Positions 18,978-28,979 of a DNA stretch of 64,000 bases are shown here, one piece after another. This DNA is from an uncultured Spirochaetota bacterium (GTDB lineage Bacteria; Spirochaetota; Brevinematia; Brevinematales; JAOACQ01): assembly GCA_963783575.1 (NCBI GenBank), contig CAWAOD010000009.1:444153-508152 (forward strand), in the 5' to 3' direction. The position numbers were made by a program, and so were the translations under genes. Position 1 is the stretch's first letter, and every line of letters starts with the position of its first letter. Below the pieces are notes generated by a model, which ran no database searches, was not told where the DNA came from, and worked only from the letters and a program-made list of their open reading frames with translations.

Positions 18978-21617
18978 TTATTTCATCCTTTCTATATTTT
19001 TTTGAATTTTTAAAACCTCGCCTTTTAAAAATGCCAATTTTTCATTTTCTTTGTTAATAATTTCTTTTGGGGCTTTTTCAAGAAACTTTTCATTGTTTAG
19101 TTTATTTTGAACAGAAATTATACTGTTCTGAAGCCTTTCCTTTTCCTTTTCAAGCCTATCAAGTTCCTTTCCGGTATCAATCTCTCCTATCTTAGAAATA
19201 AAAATTTCAAAACCTTTACCGGCACCTGTAACCTCATCATCATCTTTTTTGTGGCCAGATTTAATCTCAAGATTTTCAACCTTAGCGAGTTTTTTTATAA
19301 CTTCGGATACCTGTTCCATAAATTCTGTTTGGGCAGGATTTTCAATTACCAATACCGCTTTAACAAAAACGTTCGGCTGAATCTTATTCTCTCCCCGGAT
19401 ATTCCGAATTGTATAAACTATATTCTGGACCATAACGGCATTTTCTTCCTCGGTGTTATAATTATGTTTTTCATTATAAACCGGATAATCAGATTGCATT
19501 ATCGTATTGGATTTTCCAGGAAGACTTACGTATATTTTTTCTGTGATGAATGGCATAATCGGATGGAGAAGTTTCAGGCTGCCCTCAAGAATGAATAAAA
19601 GAACCGCAATTTTAGCTTCTTTTATGCCGGTATTCCCTTTATAAAGGCCAACTTTTGAGATTTCAATGTACCAGTCACAGAATTCGCTCCATATAAAATC
19701 ATAAAGGCTCACAGTGGCATTGTTAAAATCGAAATCCTCTATCTCTTTCCGGACTTTTGTTATTGTTTTATTATATTTTGACAGTATCCACTTGTCAAAC
19801 GTATCCGTTTCAACATCGGTTATATCTTTTATAGATATATTTTGTATGTTTTGAAAAATGAATTTTGATGCGTTCCATATTTTATTTGCAAAATTTCTTC
19901 CCAATTCGCATTTTTCATTGCTATATAAAATATCGTTGCCTAAAGGCGCAAGCCTTGTGATTGTATACCTGAGAGCATCTGCTCCGAATTCCCTGATAAC
20001 ATCAAGAGGGTCAGGTGAATTTCCAAGGGATTTACTCATCTTCCTTCCAAGCTCGTCGCGAATTAATCCCGTGAAGTAAACTTTCTTAAAAGGAATATCG
20101 TTCAGAAACTCCATGCCCGCAATAATCATCCTGGCAACCCAGAAGAAAATTATATCGGGGGCAGTGACCAGTGTATCTGTCGGGTAGTAGTATTTCAGTT
20201 CGTCATCGATCTCTGGCCATTTATGAACCGCGAAAGGCCAGAGCCAGGAAGAGGCCCAGGTATCCAGCACATCAGGGTCCTGATAAATATTTGTGCTTCC
20301 ACATTGATCGCATTTTCCAGGTGATTGTTCGTAAGAGTAATAATAACCGCATTCCTTGCAGTAATAAACCGGGATCCTGTGCCCCCACCAGAGCTGTCTT
20401 GATATGCACCAGTCCTTGATGTTATCAAGCCAGTGGAAATAAGTCTTTGTCCATCTTTCCGGATAAAATGTGACTTTGCCCTGTTTTACAACATCAATCG
20501 AAGGCTTGACAAGTTCATCCATCTTCATAAACCATTGGTCTGAAAGGTAAGGCTCTATCGGAACATGACCGCGTTCGCTGTAGCCGACTTTATGAGTATA
20601 ATTTTCAATTTTTTCAAGAAGCTTCAGTTCCTTTATCTTTTCAACAACGGCTTCCCTTGCCTCAAAACGGTCCATTCCGCGGTAATCTTCAGGAACGTTA
20701 TTATTCAACGAAGCATCGTCATTTAGAATATTCAAAAATTCCAGGTTATATTTATTTCCTATTGCATAGTCATTCGGATCATGGGCGGGAGTTATTTTTA
20801 AAGCTCCAGTACCGAATTCCATATCGACAAAATCGTCAGCGATTATCGGGATTTCTTTATCCACAATCGGCAGTATAACTTTTTTACCGACATATTTTGC
20901 ATATCTTTTATCCTTAGGATTAACTGCAACAGCCGTATCGCCGAGCATAGTCTCGGGTCTTGTGGTAGCTATCGTTATAAATTCATGAGAATCCTTTAAA
21001 GGATATTTAAAATAGTAAAGCTTACCTTCCACTTCTCTATAATAGACTTCCTCATCGGAAATTGCCGACTTTGATACCGGGCACCAATTGACAAGCCGGT
21101 AACCTTTATATATATATCCTTTCTTATATAATTCAACAAAACTATGGATGACGGCTTTATAATACCTTTCATCCATTGTAAAGCGCTCCCTGCCCCAGTC
21201 GCAGCTTGCCCCAAGTTTTTTTAGCTGGCTGATTATTATGCCGCCATATTTTTCTTTCCATTCCCTTGCATATTCCAGAAATTTCTCCCGGCCGATCTCG
21301 TATTTGTTAATCCCCATTTCACTTAAATACTTTACAACCTTTGCTTCCGTAGCTATTGATGCGTGGTCTGTTCCCGGTATCCAGCAAGCTTCAAAACCAT
21401 TCATTCTGAAATATCTGATCAGGATATCCTGGATCGTATTATTCAAAATATGCCCCATATGCAGCATTCCCGTAACATTCGGTGGCGGAATTACGATTGT
21501 ATAAGCTTTTTTACCTGGATTTACGCTGCTTTTAAAAATTTTGTTATCAATCCAGTAGCTGTATATTTCGTCTTCAAAATCGGCGGGATTATATGTTCCT
21601 GGAAGTTCTGCGGCCAT
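18978..21617 (-). CDS. valS: valine--tRNA ligase
   Basis: PPPNVTGMLHMGHILNNTIQDILIRYFRM (HIGH region), KMSKSLGN, editing domain, and a C-terminal coiled coil typical of ValRS. 879 aa. Confidence 0.92.
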   Translation of the reverse strand: MAAELPGTYNPADFEDEIYSYWIDNKIFKSSVNPGKKAYTIVIPPPNVTGMLHMGHILNNTIQDILIRYFRMNGFEACWIPGTDHASIATEAKVVKYLSEMGINKYEIGREKFLEYAREWKEKYGGIIISQLKKLGASCDWGRERFTMDERYYKAVIHSFVELYKKGYIYKGYRLVNWCPVSKSAISDEEVYYREVEGKLYYFKYPLKDSHEFITIATTRPETMLGDTAVAVNPKDKRYAKYVGKKVILPIVDKEIPIIADDFVDMEFGTGALKITPAHDPNDYAIGNKYNLEFLNILNDDASLNNNVPEDYRGMDRFEAREAVVEKIKELKLLEKIENYTHKVGYSERGHVPIEPYLSDQWFMKMDELVKPSIDVVKQGKVTFYPERWTKTYFHWLDNIKDWCISRQLWWGHRIPVYYCKECGYYYSYEQSPGKCDQCGSTNIYQDPDVLDTWASSWLWPFAVHKWPEIDDELKYYYPTDTLVTAPDIIFFWVARMIIAGMEFLNDIPFKKVYFTGLIRDELGRKMSKSLGNSPDPLDVIREFGADALRYTITRLAPLGNDILYSNEKCELGRNFANKIWNASKFIFQNIQNISIKDITDVETDTFDKWILSKYNKTITKVRKEIEDFDFNNATVSLYDFIWSEFCDWYIEISKVGLYKGNTGIKEAKIAVLLFILEGSLKLLHPIMPFITEKIYVSLPGKSNTIMQSDYPVYNEKHNYNTEEENAVMVQNIVYTIRNIRGENKIQPNVFVKAVLVIENPAQTEFMEQVSEVIKKLAKVENLEIKSGHKKDDDEVTGAGKGFEIFISKIGEIDTGKELDRLEKEKERLQNSIISVQNKLNNEKFLEKAPKEIINKENEKLAFLKGEVLKIQKNIERMK

Positions 21618-21828
21618 TTCCTGCTCCTATATAAAATTTAATAAAAGTTTATTAAAAGCTTGATATGTTTTCAAGATACTCCGGAATAAATATATTAGTT
21701 TAGAGGCACGTCAATAAATCATATCAAAAATTGTAAGAGATAATGCCTACAAAGTCAAATTGTTAAAAGTCAAAATAAATTATTGCAATTATTTTTACTT
21801 CCAAATAAACTATTTTGATAAATATAAA

Positions 21829-21857
21829 TTGACAGACATTAATCCGCCAATTATAAT
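21829..21857 (+). promoter_or_regulatory. consensus sigma-70 promoter (TTGACA-17 bp-TATAAT) about 15 bp upstream of tRNA-Cys
   Basis: ttgaca at 21829-21834, a 17-nt spacer, tataat at 21852-21857. The tRNA starts at 21872. Confidence 0.65.
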
Positions 21858-21871
21858 TATGGCTCATATAT

Positions 21872-21944
21872 GGGGATGTAGCCAAGTGGGAAGGCTGCGG
21901 TCTGCAAAACCGCTATTGAGTCGGTTCGATTCCGACCATCCCCT
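21872..21944 (+). tRNA. tRNA-Cys (anticodon GCA)
   Basis: Cloverleaf folded by eye. Acceptor ggggatg/catcccc, anticodon loop cuGCAaa, T-loop ttcgatt. Confidence 0.85.
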
Positions 21945-22083
21945 ATTAAGATAAAAGTTAAAAGTAATATAGTATTAAGACGATGCGGTTTGGTTCTATA
22001 GGCTTACTAAATAAGCTTGCTGGGCTCTTCTTTAAACATCTTATCAATTAGTACTTTTAACTTTTATCTTTATACTGTATAAT

Positions 22084-22168
22084 GCCGAGATGGTGGAATT
22101 GGTAGACACAAGGGACTTAAAATCCCTCGGGCGTTTAGCCTGTGCGGGTTCGAGTCCCGCTCTCGGCA
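22084..22168 (+). tRNA. tRNA-Leu (anticodon UAA), type II with long variable arm
   Basis: Acceptor gccgaga/tctcggc, anticodon loop cuUAAaa, long variable arm cgggcgtttagcctgtg, T-loop ttcgagt. Confidence 0.85.
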
Positions 22169-22204
22169 TTTTTTTATACATACCTGACAGCATCAGGAGC
22201 ATTA

Positions 22205-23377
22205 ATGAAAAAAACTTTGGTATTTATTCTGGTAATAATATTCTATTCCACAAGTTATCCGATCACTATAAAGCAAATAGATATCACAGGAAATGACAGA
22301 TCACAGCAGGAAACAATACTTCATTTTTTTTATGAAAATCAAACCAACAAAATCTGGACCGAAACTGAATTGGACTCCGCTCTTAAACGCTTTAAAGAAA
22401 GGCTTGAAAGGACGGGATGGTATAGCGCAATTGAAATCGGAAAAACCATTAACGGTGACAATGCTGAAATTCAGGTCAGTTTAAAGGAAAAATCTTCTTA
22501 TTCAATATGGGCCGGCAACTTATATCTCGGCTTATCCAAATATGATCTATGGGGAAAAGGGAAAGTCATAGAATTTGAAGCAGGACCGATAGAAAAAAAG
22601 ATTACAATTCAAGACTGGATGTTTAATTATTCGGATGTGTTTTTTTCGGTTGCGCTTGGCGCTGAGGATTATTATACTTATACATATATAACAAATGCAT
22701 ATAACCAGCAGGAATTGGTAAGGAATGTAGGAAACGCCACAGTAGGCACTCTCTTGTTTCCTGATACTTTTATAGATATTAATACCAGGAATTATTGGAT
22801 CGAAAATACCAATGGAACCAGTATAACTTCATATCATACCGCTGGTTTGAAGTTCGCTTATGACAGAAGAGCCGGTTATCCCTCCGCAAAAAATGGTGAG
22901 AATACCGATATCGGAATTAATTACATCTACCCTTACAATATGGTGCAGATTGAAGGATCCGTCCAGTACTACTATGAGTTCATCAAGAATTGGGTGCTGG
23001 CAGCCAAATTGCATGCAGGTTATACCTCGGGAGATGTTCCTGTTTATGCAAAATTTGATCTGAGGACAATCGACGGTTTAAGGACTCTTTCACAATTCAG
23101 TGGAATGATCGGCAACGATTGTTACGATATGCATGGTGAAATTAGATGGGCATTCTGGGATGTAATACCCTTTATTATATTCGATATGCAGCTTGAAGCC
23201 TTAGCATTGTTTGACTTCGGGGAAGCCCGCGACAGTATAGGGAACATGGGAAATCCCCATTACGTTTATGGCGCAGGCCTTAGGATTTATCTCGATGCTT
23301 TCTGTGTTAGAGCTGAAGTCGGTATTGATGAAACCGGCAACACCACGGTATTATCATCCTTTACGCTTCCTTTTTAA
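22205..23377 (+). CDS. Omp85-family outer-membrane beta-barrel protein with single POTRA-like domain
   Basis: Start taken at MKKTLVFILVIIFYSTSYP (22205), because the upstream part of the six-frame ORF overlaps tRNA-Leu. The POTRA-like stretch is IKQIDITGNDRSQQETIL. It ends ...SSFTLPF, the C-terminal aromatic of beta-barrel outer-membrane proteins. Confidence 0.55.
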   Translation: MKKTLVFILVIIFYSTSYPITIKQIDITGNDRSQQETILHFFYENQTNKIWTETELDSALKRFKERLERTGWYSAIEIGKTINGDNAEIQVSLKEKSSYSIWAGNLYLGLSKYDLWGKGKVIEFEAGPIEKKITIQDWMFNYSDVFFSVALGAEDYYTYTYITNAYNQQELVRNVGNATVGTLLFPDTFIDINTRNYWIENTNGTSITSYHTAGLKFAYDRRAGYPSAKNGENTDIGINYIYPYNMVQIEGSVQYYYEFIKNWVLAAKLHAGYTSGDVPVYAKFDLRTIDGLRTLSQFSGMIGNDCYDMHGEIRWAFWDVIPFIIFDMQLEALALFDFGEARDSIGNMGNPHYVYGAGLRIYLDAFCVRAEVGIDETGNTTVLSSFTLPF

Positions 23378-23392
23378 TATTTTGGAGATCAA

Positions 23393-24103
23393 ATGAATTA
23401 CAGATTTATAATTATTTTTTTTCTTTTGTTCTTCTTTATTTCCGTTTATGCGGAAAATAATCCCTCTTTAATAAGTTTTGAAACTATTGTTGAAAAAGAA
23501 GTTGAGGCAGACATTGCAGTTATTAAAATTCAGGTTGAAAAGAAAGACAGGAATTTTTCAACTGCTTCTTCAGAGTGTGGAAAAGTTCTGAATTTAATTA
23601 AGGAAAAAATGAAAAAAGCCGGAGTTGATGAAAAAGATATAGTAATCAGAAATTTCAAAGGCTATCCGGATTTCAATTTTTTCGGAAAGGAATATTCGGT
23701 AACAGGCTATATTGATATAAAAGTCAGGGATAAAAATAATATTATGATTATTTTCCAGGGTATTTCAGATATAACCGATCCGCAAATCAGGGTCAATTCG
23801 ATTGAATATATTATCGAAGATCCTGACAAATTAAAGAATAATATGGTTCGGGAAGCCTCTAAAAAAATACTTGAAAAAAAAATTATTTACGAAGAATCGT
23901 TTTTCATTAAGCTCCAATTATATTCATTAAATGAAGTCTCATCGGATATAGGTTTTAATACTCCTGTTATGAGGAATTTTTCAGTAGGAAAATCTTCTAT
24001 TCCAGAACCTTCCGCGGAATATATCGCGCCGGATAATCTTATATCGTTCCCGGTAAAAAAGGTGTATCTAAGACTCTTTGTCAATTTTGAGATAATAAAA
24101 TAA
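23393..24103 (+). CDS. exported SIMPL/DUF541-like protein
   Basis: Signal peptide, then EVEADIAVIKIQVE...CGKVLNLIKEKMKKAGVDEKDIVIRNFKGYP...SVTGYIDIKVRD, which resembles the SIMPL domain pattern. Confidence 0.4.
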   Translation: MNYRFIIIFFLLFFFISVYAENNPSLISFETIVEKEVEADIAVIKIQVEKKDRNFSTASSECGKVLNLIKEKMKKAGVDEKDIVIRNFKGYPDFNFFGKEYSVTGYIDIKVRDKNNIMIIFQGISDITDPQIRVNSIEYIIEDPDKLKNNMVREASKKILEKKIIYEESFFIKLQLYSLNEVSSDIGFNTPVMRNFSVGKSSIPEPSAEYIAPDNLISFPVKKVYLRLFVNFEIIK

Positions 24104-24112
24104 ATCTATACC

Positions 24113-25087
24113 TTAATAAAATATTTTTCTTCTTACAGAATTCACATCATCATTTAGATTAACACCCATCCTGTTGAACGGGTAATACCGGAAAAGCGGT
24201 CTTCCGAAAATGTTTTTCCCGGGAATAAAGCCAAAATAACGGCAATCTTCGCTTAAATCACGGTTGTCACCCATTCCGAAATAGTAATTGTCATTTACTT
24301 TCCATTCATCAATTTCTTTTCCGTCAAGATAAATTTTTCCGTTTTCAAGCGTTGCTGATTTGCCGGACTCTCTTTCGACAAGAAGCTTCAGTAAACCGGT
24401 GTAATAATAGTTCCGGTTTGTCAGAGGGATTACATCCCCCTTTTTTGGTATATAAATTTCATCAAAGTTATAGACCTCCGGGGCATTGACCCTGTTCAGG
24501 CGGATCAAATGCTGTACGATCCTGTTTTTCCCATCGTACTTTTCGTTAAACATATCGAAGTCCATATATCCCTGGATCGCCGATCTTTCATAGACCGCTT
24601 CCCTGGCTGTCGTTACATATTCCGTATCGACCGGCTTACGGTTTATAATTAAAATCTGGTTTGACATTGAAATTGTATCTCCCGGTAAGCCTATCAGCCG
24701 CTTGACAAGGTTTTTCGGGTTGTCAAAAGTATTGTCAAGATTGATCAGCGAGAGTGTAAGAAGGGAAATTATTTCCCTGGCAAAACCCTGCTTTTTCCAT
24801 GCAGGGGAAACAAAGGTGATGATATCGTTTCTTTGCGGGCTTAAAAAGCCCGGAATTTTCTGGTTTATAATTGGAATCCTTGATCCCATTGTCACTTTCT
24901 CGATCATCATAATATCGGGAATATTGAGGCTTGGAACCATCGACTGCGATGGTATCATATAAGCTTCAATTATGAAAAGCCTTATCACAAAAGCGATCGC
25001 GTAGGCTGAAAAGAAGACCTTGATATTATCGATTACTTTTTCTTTAAAAGTTTCCGGCTTTTTCTTTTCTTTTTTTGTTTTGAACAT
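24113..25087 (-). CDS. lepB: signal peptidase I
   Basis: IPSQSMVPSL (catalytic Ser box) and GDNRDLSEDCRYFGFIP (box E) after an N-terminal TM. Confidence 0.85.
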   Translation of the reverse strand: MFKTKKEKKKPETFKEKVIDNIKVFFSAYAIAFVIRLFIIEAYMIPSQSMVPSLNIPDIMMIEKVTMGSRIPIINQKIPGFLSPQRNDIITFVSPAWKKQGFAREIISLLTLSLINLDNTFDNPKNLVKRLIGLPGDTISMSNQILIINRKPVDTEYVTTAREAVYERSAIQGYMDFDMFNEKYDGKNRIVQHLIRLNRVNAPEVYNFDEIYIPKKGDVIPLTNRNYYYTGLLKLLVERESGKSATLENGKIYLDGKEIDEWKVNDNYYFGMGDNRDLSEDCRYFGFIPGKNIFGRPLFRYYPFNRMGVNLNDDVNSVRRKIFY

Positions 25088-25113
25088 AATTTACTCCTAA
25101 AATTACAATTTAG

Positions 25114-25323
25114 TTATATAGATTTTTCGTAAATAAATACATCTTCCACATTGACTTTAAATATACGTGAAATTTTAAATGCTAGCTCCAGCGAAGGGAC
25201 ATACTTCCCGCCTTCAATGGCAATTATTGTCTGGCGGGTCACACCGGCTTTTTCAGCAAGGGATTCCTGGGTGAGGTTGTTAATTGCCCTGTAAACCTTA
25301 ATCTTATTTGTCATTTTTGTCAT
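25114..25323 (-). CDS. XRE-family helix-turn-helix transcriptional regulator
   Basis: LTQESLAEKAGVTRQTIIAIEGGKYVPSLELAFKISRIFKV is a Cro/C1-type HTH. Start trimmed to an internal Met to limit overlap with the upstream membrane-protein gene. Confidence 0.7.
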   Translation of the reverse strand: MTKMTNKIKVYRAINNLTQESLAEKAGVTRQTIIAIEGGKYVPSLELAFKISRIFKVNVEDVFIYEKSI

Positions 25324-25714
25324 ACTCCCCGTATTTAATACTGTAATAGAATTGCACTGCAAGGTTGACAAGAAGGAGAAATATGACGGGGTAAATTAAT
25401 ATCATACCGGTTTTCTCAAGTTCGCGGTTACCGGTATTCCTGGCAATTACCAGCAGAATAAGAAAAATGGCGATTGAAGATATGAAAAATATATTGAGTG
25501 TTGCAGAATCGACTTTCTCATTTATGAATTTGCTCCTTTCATCTTCGATCACATTTTTAAATTTATTTTCCAGGATAAAAAGGCAGATTAATCCCGTAAA
25601 AGCTGGTATTAAAGCCAGGTAATAGTTTTTAATCAACAGAGATAAAATCATCCCGCCAAGCACAATTATGAATATAATTATCAAAAAAATATTGAATATG
25701 AATTTTTTCTTCAT
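25304..25714 (-). CDS. small membrane protein paired with XRE regulator
   Basis: Start taken at MKKKFIFNIFLIII. Four hydrophobic helices. Its stop overlaps the HTH gene. Confidence 0.45.
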   Translation of the reverse strand: MKKKFIFNIFLIIIFIIVLGGMILSLLIKNYYLALIPAFTGLICLFILENKFKNVIEDERSKFINEKVDSATLNIFFISSIAIFLILLVIARNTGNRELEKTGMILIYPVIFLLLVNLAVQFYYSIKYGEYDKNDK

Positions 25715-25872
25715 AAACAAAGTAACTCCAATTTTACATATTGTAACATATATCATACATTATGTCAAGTATGCGATACAATTTTATTTTTCTAATAAAA
25801 AATGATGTTTTTGAAAAATATTCCGATAGACTAATGAAAGAGGAGCTTTGTTCCTACAGGCAGGAGTTTTTC

Positions 25873-26685
25873 ATGAAAAAATGGTTTGTAATATTATTTA
25901 TAATGTTTTCAGGCATTGTTTTCGGAGACGATTTTGTAATCGACGAGCCTTCATCACCCGGACAATCACAAAATCAGCAGTCACAGTCATCATTGAATAG
26001 TGTGCCTGTCAATCCGGCCAGTTATTCTCAATCGGCCATCGGATCGGTTCCCACACCAGATACAATCGGGAAAAATAAATTTTCATCCGAAATTGCTATG
26101 TACGATAATGGGGGAATCAATACCAGGCTGATTGTAGGAATCCTTGATATTCTTGATATCGGAATATCGGAAAACTTTGACGGTATGATCGGATATGATA
26201 AAATTAATGTAAATATTCCAAGCGCATATATAAAATTTACACTTCTTAAAAATTACCATAATTTCGATTTGGCAGCCGGTTTCGACAGCTTCGCATACGG
26301 TAAGGACGGCACATATTTTTCAACAAACGGAACATCATCGACTATTTATGGTTTTTATACTTCGGCCGGTTGGCATTACAGCCTGCTTGGCGGAAACGAT
26401 ACATTTACCTTCGGACTGAGGTTCCCTCTTCTTCCCTCCGATTTCAGAGATTTCGCTAACACATCGATTTTTGCAGGAGCTTCCGCCTGGGTTTCCAGCT
26501 ACTTTACCCTGGGACTAACCCTTGAAAATTGGTATGTCGGTAAAAATTCCAATCTGATATTTCCATCGCTTATAATCTCTTTTACCCCGGTACAGCAATT
26601 TAAAGTGTCTATAATAGGGCAGTATGAGATTTATTCCTCAACATTAAACAGGATTATTACAATGGGTTATATGACTTCATTCTAG
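25873..26685 (+). CDS. exported beta-rich protein, probable outer-membrane protein
   Basis: Start at MKKWFVILFIMFSGIVFG with a CAGGAG RBS. It ends ...GYMTSF (C-terminal Phe). Alternating hydrophobic pattern. Confidence 0.45.
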   Translation: MKKWFVILFIMFSGIVFGDDFVIDEPSSPGQSQNQQSQSSLNSVPVNPASYSQSAIGSVPTPDTIGKNKFSSEIAMYDNGGINTRLIVGILDILDIGISENFDGMIGYDKINVNIPSAYIKFTLLKNYHNFDLAAGFDSFAYGKDGTYFSTNGTSSTIYGFYTSAGWHYSLLGGNDTFTFGLRFPLLPSDFRDFANTSIFAGASAWVSSYFTLGLTLENWYVGKNSNLIFPSLIISFTPVQQFKVSIIGQYEIYSSTLNRIITMGYMTSF

Positions 26686-26702
26686 ATCAAGCAACCTGCT
26701 TG

Positions 26703-27944
26703 TTAACTGAGGTAATTTGCGTTTATTTTCACATAATCGCATGTGAGATCTGAAGTCCACATAAAATAATCTTTTCGTCCGATCCCAAGATTTATAATGA
26801 TTTCGATTTCCGGAGATAGCATCTCGCTGCCAGCCTTGCTTTCATTGGCATGGTTTACATCGCCGTTTTCAAAAATAACCAGCCCGTTGATTTGGAGTTT
26901 GATTTTAGATAATTCAAATTTGGCGCCGGAATAACCGAGAGCAGCAAGAATCCTGCCCCAATTCGGGCTTTGACCGAAAACCGCGGTTTTGACAAGATAT
27001 GAATCCGCAACAGCCCTTGCAATTTTTTCCGCATCATTCGCGGTAAGAGCTTCTTTTATTTCAATGTGGATCAGTTTACTTGCTCCCTCGCCATCTTTGA
27101 CAATCATCTTGGCAATGTTCTGGCAGACCTTGACAAGGACCTGCTTAAAAATCATGTACAACTCATTTTCCGAATCAATCTTGACATTCTCCGCCAGGCC
27201 GTTCGACATTAGAAATACACTGTCGTTCGTGCTGGTGTCGTTATCCACACTTATCCGATTGAATGAAAGTCCAACAGCCTCGTCCAGTGCCAGAATAAGC
27301 ATTTTACTTGATATGGAAACATCCGTGGTTATAAATACAAGCATTGTAGCATGCAAGCCGCCCGGAGATATTGTTTCCATATCCGGTTTTATCATACCTG
27401 CGCCTTTAGCAGTGGCGCCAATCCTTACCTTTTTCCCGTTAAGCTCAAACTCGTACGCAACATTTTTCATTTTTTTATCGGTAGTCATAATGGCATTAGA
27501 AAAATTTCTGTAATCATTTTCAGTATGGATAAGTTTACATGCTTTTTCAATTCCATACAATACCCTGTCCATAATGAGTTTTTTTCCTATAACTCCCGTT
27601 GATGCCACCATAACAGAGCCCTCGGAAAGAGAGAGGTTTTTTTCTACCATCCCGGCCATTTCATCAGTATTTTCATCGCCGGTTTTACCGGTAAGGCAAT
27701 TGGCGTTGCCGCTGTTTACCACAATCGCGGATATATTATTTCCGCACCTCGAAATATCAAAAGAAACCGGAGCAGCTTTGACTTTATTTTTTGTAAACGC
27801 ACACGCTATTTCACATGGTGTTTCGGAAAGAATCAAACCCAGGTCTTTATAGCCGCCATCCTTAAGTCCGCAAGAAATCCCGGTTGCCCTGAAACCATGC
27901 GGTTCAGTAATTCCCCCTTCCAGAATCCTCAATTGCAGCTCCAT
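26703..27944 (-). CDS. argJ: bifunctional glutamate N-acetyltransferase / amino-acid acetyltransferase
   Basis: ATMLVFITTDVSIS...SFNRISVDNDTSTNDSVFLMSNG includes the autoprocessing Thr region of ArgJ. 413 aa. Confidence 0.88.
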   Translation of the reverse strand: MELQLRILEGGITEPHGFRATGISCGLKDGGYKDLGLILSETPCEIACAFTKNKVKAAPVSFDISRCGNNISAIVVNSGNANCLTGKTGDENTDEMAGMVEKNLSLSEGSVMVASTGVIGKKLIMDRVLYGIEKACKLIHTENDYRNFSNAIMTTDKKMKNVAYEFELNGKKVRIGATAKGAGMIKPDMETISPGGLHATMLVFITTDVSISSKMLILALDEAVGLSFNRISVDNDTSTNDSVFLMSNGLAENVKIDSENELYMIFKQVLVKVCQNIAKMIVKDGEGASKLIHIEIKEALTANDAEKIARAVADSYLVKTAVFGQSPNWGRILAALGYSGAKFELSKIKLQINGLVIFENGDVNHANESKAGSEMLSPEIEIIINLGIGRKDYFMWTSDLTCDYVKINANYLS

Positions 27945-27956
27945 AAATATCTCCTT

Positions 27957-28979
27957 TTAAATCAAGCCCTCTGTTTCCTCAATACCGGACATCACATTAA
28001 AATTCTGTACTGCGGAGCCGGCTGCGCCTTTAACCAGGTTATCAATAACAGAAACTATTATCAAGTTCCGCGAATCGCTATCGTAAGCGGCTCCAATGTA
28101 ATTATAATTAGTATGCGCTACCCATTTCATCTGGGGAAGGGTGTTTTTAAAAACTTTAATAAATTGTTCATTTTGATAAAATTTGATTAGGGTTTCTAAA
28201 ACATTTTCTATTATATTTTTATCTGAATGTATATAAATTGTACTTAAAATTCCCCGGTCAATGGGCATAATATGCGGTGTAAAAGCGGCAGCAACATTAT
28301 TCCCCCAGGCAAAGTTCAACTCCTGTAATATTTCCGGCTTATGCCTGTGGGTGCCTATTCCGTATGCATAAAAATTTTCATTCAACTCGGAAAAAACCGA
28401 TGGAATATCAGCTTTCCTTCCCCTTCCTGTAAATCCCGATTTTGAATCTATAATTATATTTTCCGGCTTTATTATTTTTTTCTTCAATAAAGGAATAAGA
28501 GGAATCAAAGCGCTTGTCGGATAGCATCCCGGATTGGCTATCAGACGGGCGTTTCTTATAGATTCCCTGTATATTTCCGTCAGGCCGTATACCGCTTCCG
28601 GAATAAGCTCAGGAGAAGGATGCGTAAATTTATAAGTCTTTTCAAAAGTTTTAATGTCCTTGATCCTGAAAGCTGCACTAAGATCTATTACTTTAACGCC
28701 GTTCTTTAAATACTTTGGTGCCGAAATTGCAGATGCTTCATGAGGAAGAGCCAGGAAAACCGCGTCAATATTGTTATAGATTGAATCATCTTTCATAGAT
28801 AAATAAGCATAATCATGATAATCAATTAACGATGGTTCGAAATCCCTGACTTTTACATTTTCATGAGACTCCGATGTGATATAAGAAACTTCCACATCAG
28901 GGTGTTTTTTAAGTATATTAAGAAGTTCCAGACCGGCGTACCCGCTCGCTCCGCAGACACCCACCTTCAATTTTTTCAT
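27957..28979 (-). CDS. argC: N-acetyl-gamma-glutamyl-phosphate reductase
   Basis: [27 protein letters not shown]ossmann N-terminus and [16 protein letters not shown] active-site Cys motif. Confidence 0.88.
   Translation of the reverse strand: MKKLKVGVCGASGYAGLELLNILKKHPDVEVSYITSESHENVKVRDFEPSLIDYHDYAYLSMKDDSIYNNIDAVFLALPHEASAISAPKYLKNGVKVIDLSAAFRIKDIKTFEKTYKFTHPSPELIPEAVYGLTEIYRESIRNARLIANPGCYPTSALIPLIPLLKKKIIKPENIIIDSKSGFTGRGRKADIPSVFSELNENFYAYGIGTHRHKPEILQELNFAWGNNVAAAFTPHIMPIDRGILSTIYIHSDKNIIENVLETLIKFYQNEQFIKVFKNTLPQMKWVAHTNYNYIGAAYDSDSRNLIIVSVIDNLVKGAAGSAVQNFNVMSGIEETEGLI

Noticed and set aside
19107-21641. Antisense ORFs within valS (19107..19598, 20171..20428, 21238..21641 and others)
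   Set aside because: They are embedded in a highly conserved 879-aa valS reading frame. They have no RBS, and their products are low-complexity Ile/Phe/Asn-rich peptides typical of AT-rich antisense frames.
22070-22083. Extended -10-like tgtataat immediately upstream of tRNA-Leu as an independent promoter
   Set aside because: It ends 1 nt before the mature tRNA 5' end, too close for a -10 element. No -35 is present. tRNA-Leu is more likely co-transcribed from the tRNA-Cys promoter.
22090-22296. 68-aa ORF and the upstream extension of the 411-aa ORF (22142 start) overlapping tRNA-Leu
   Set aside because: The sequence 22084-22168 folds into a canonical type-II tRNA-Leu. The Omp85-like protein has a proper signal peptide starting at the Met at 22205, so the upstream ORF portions are read-through of the tRNA gene.
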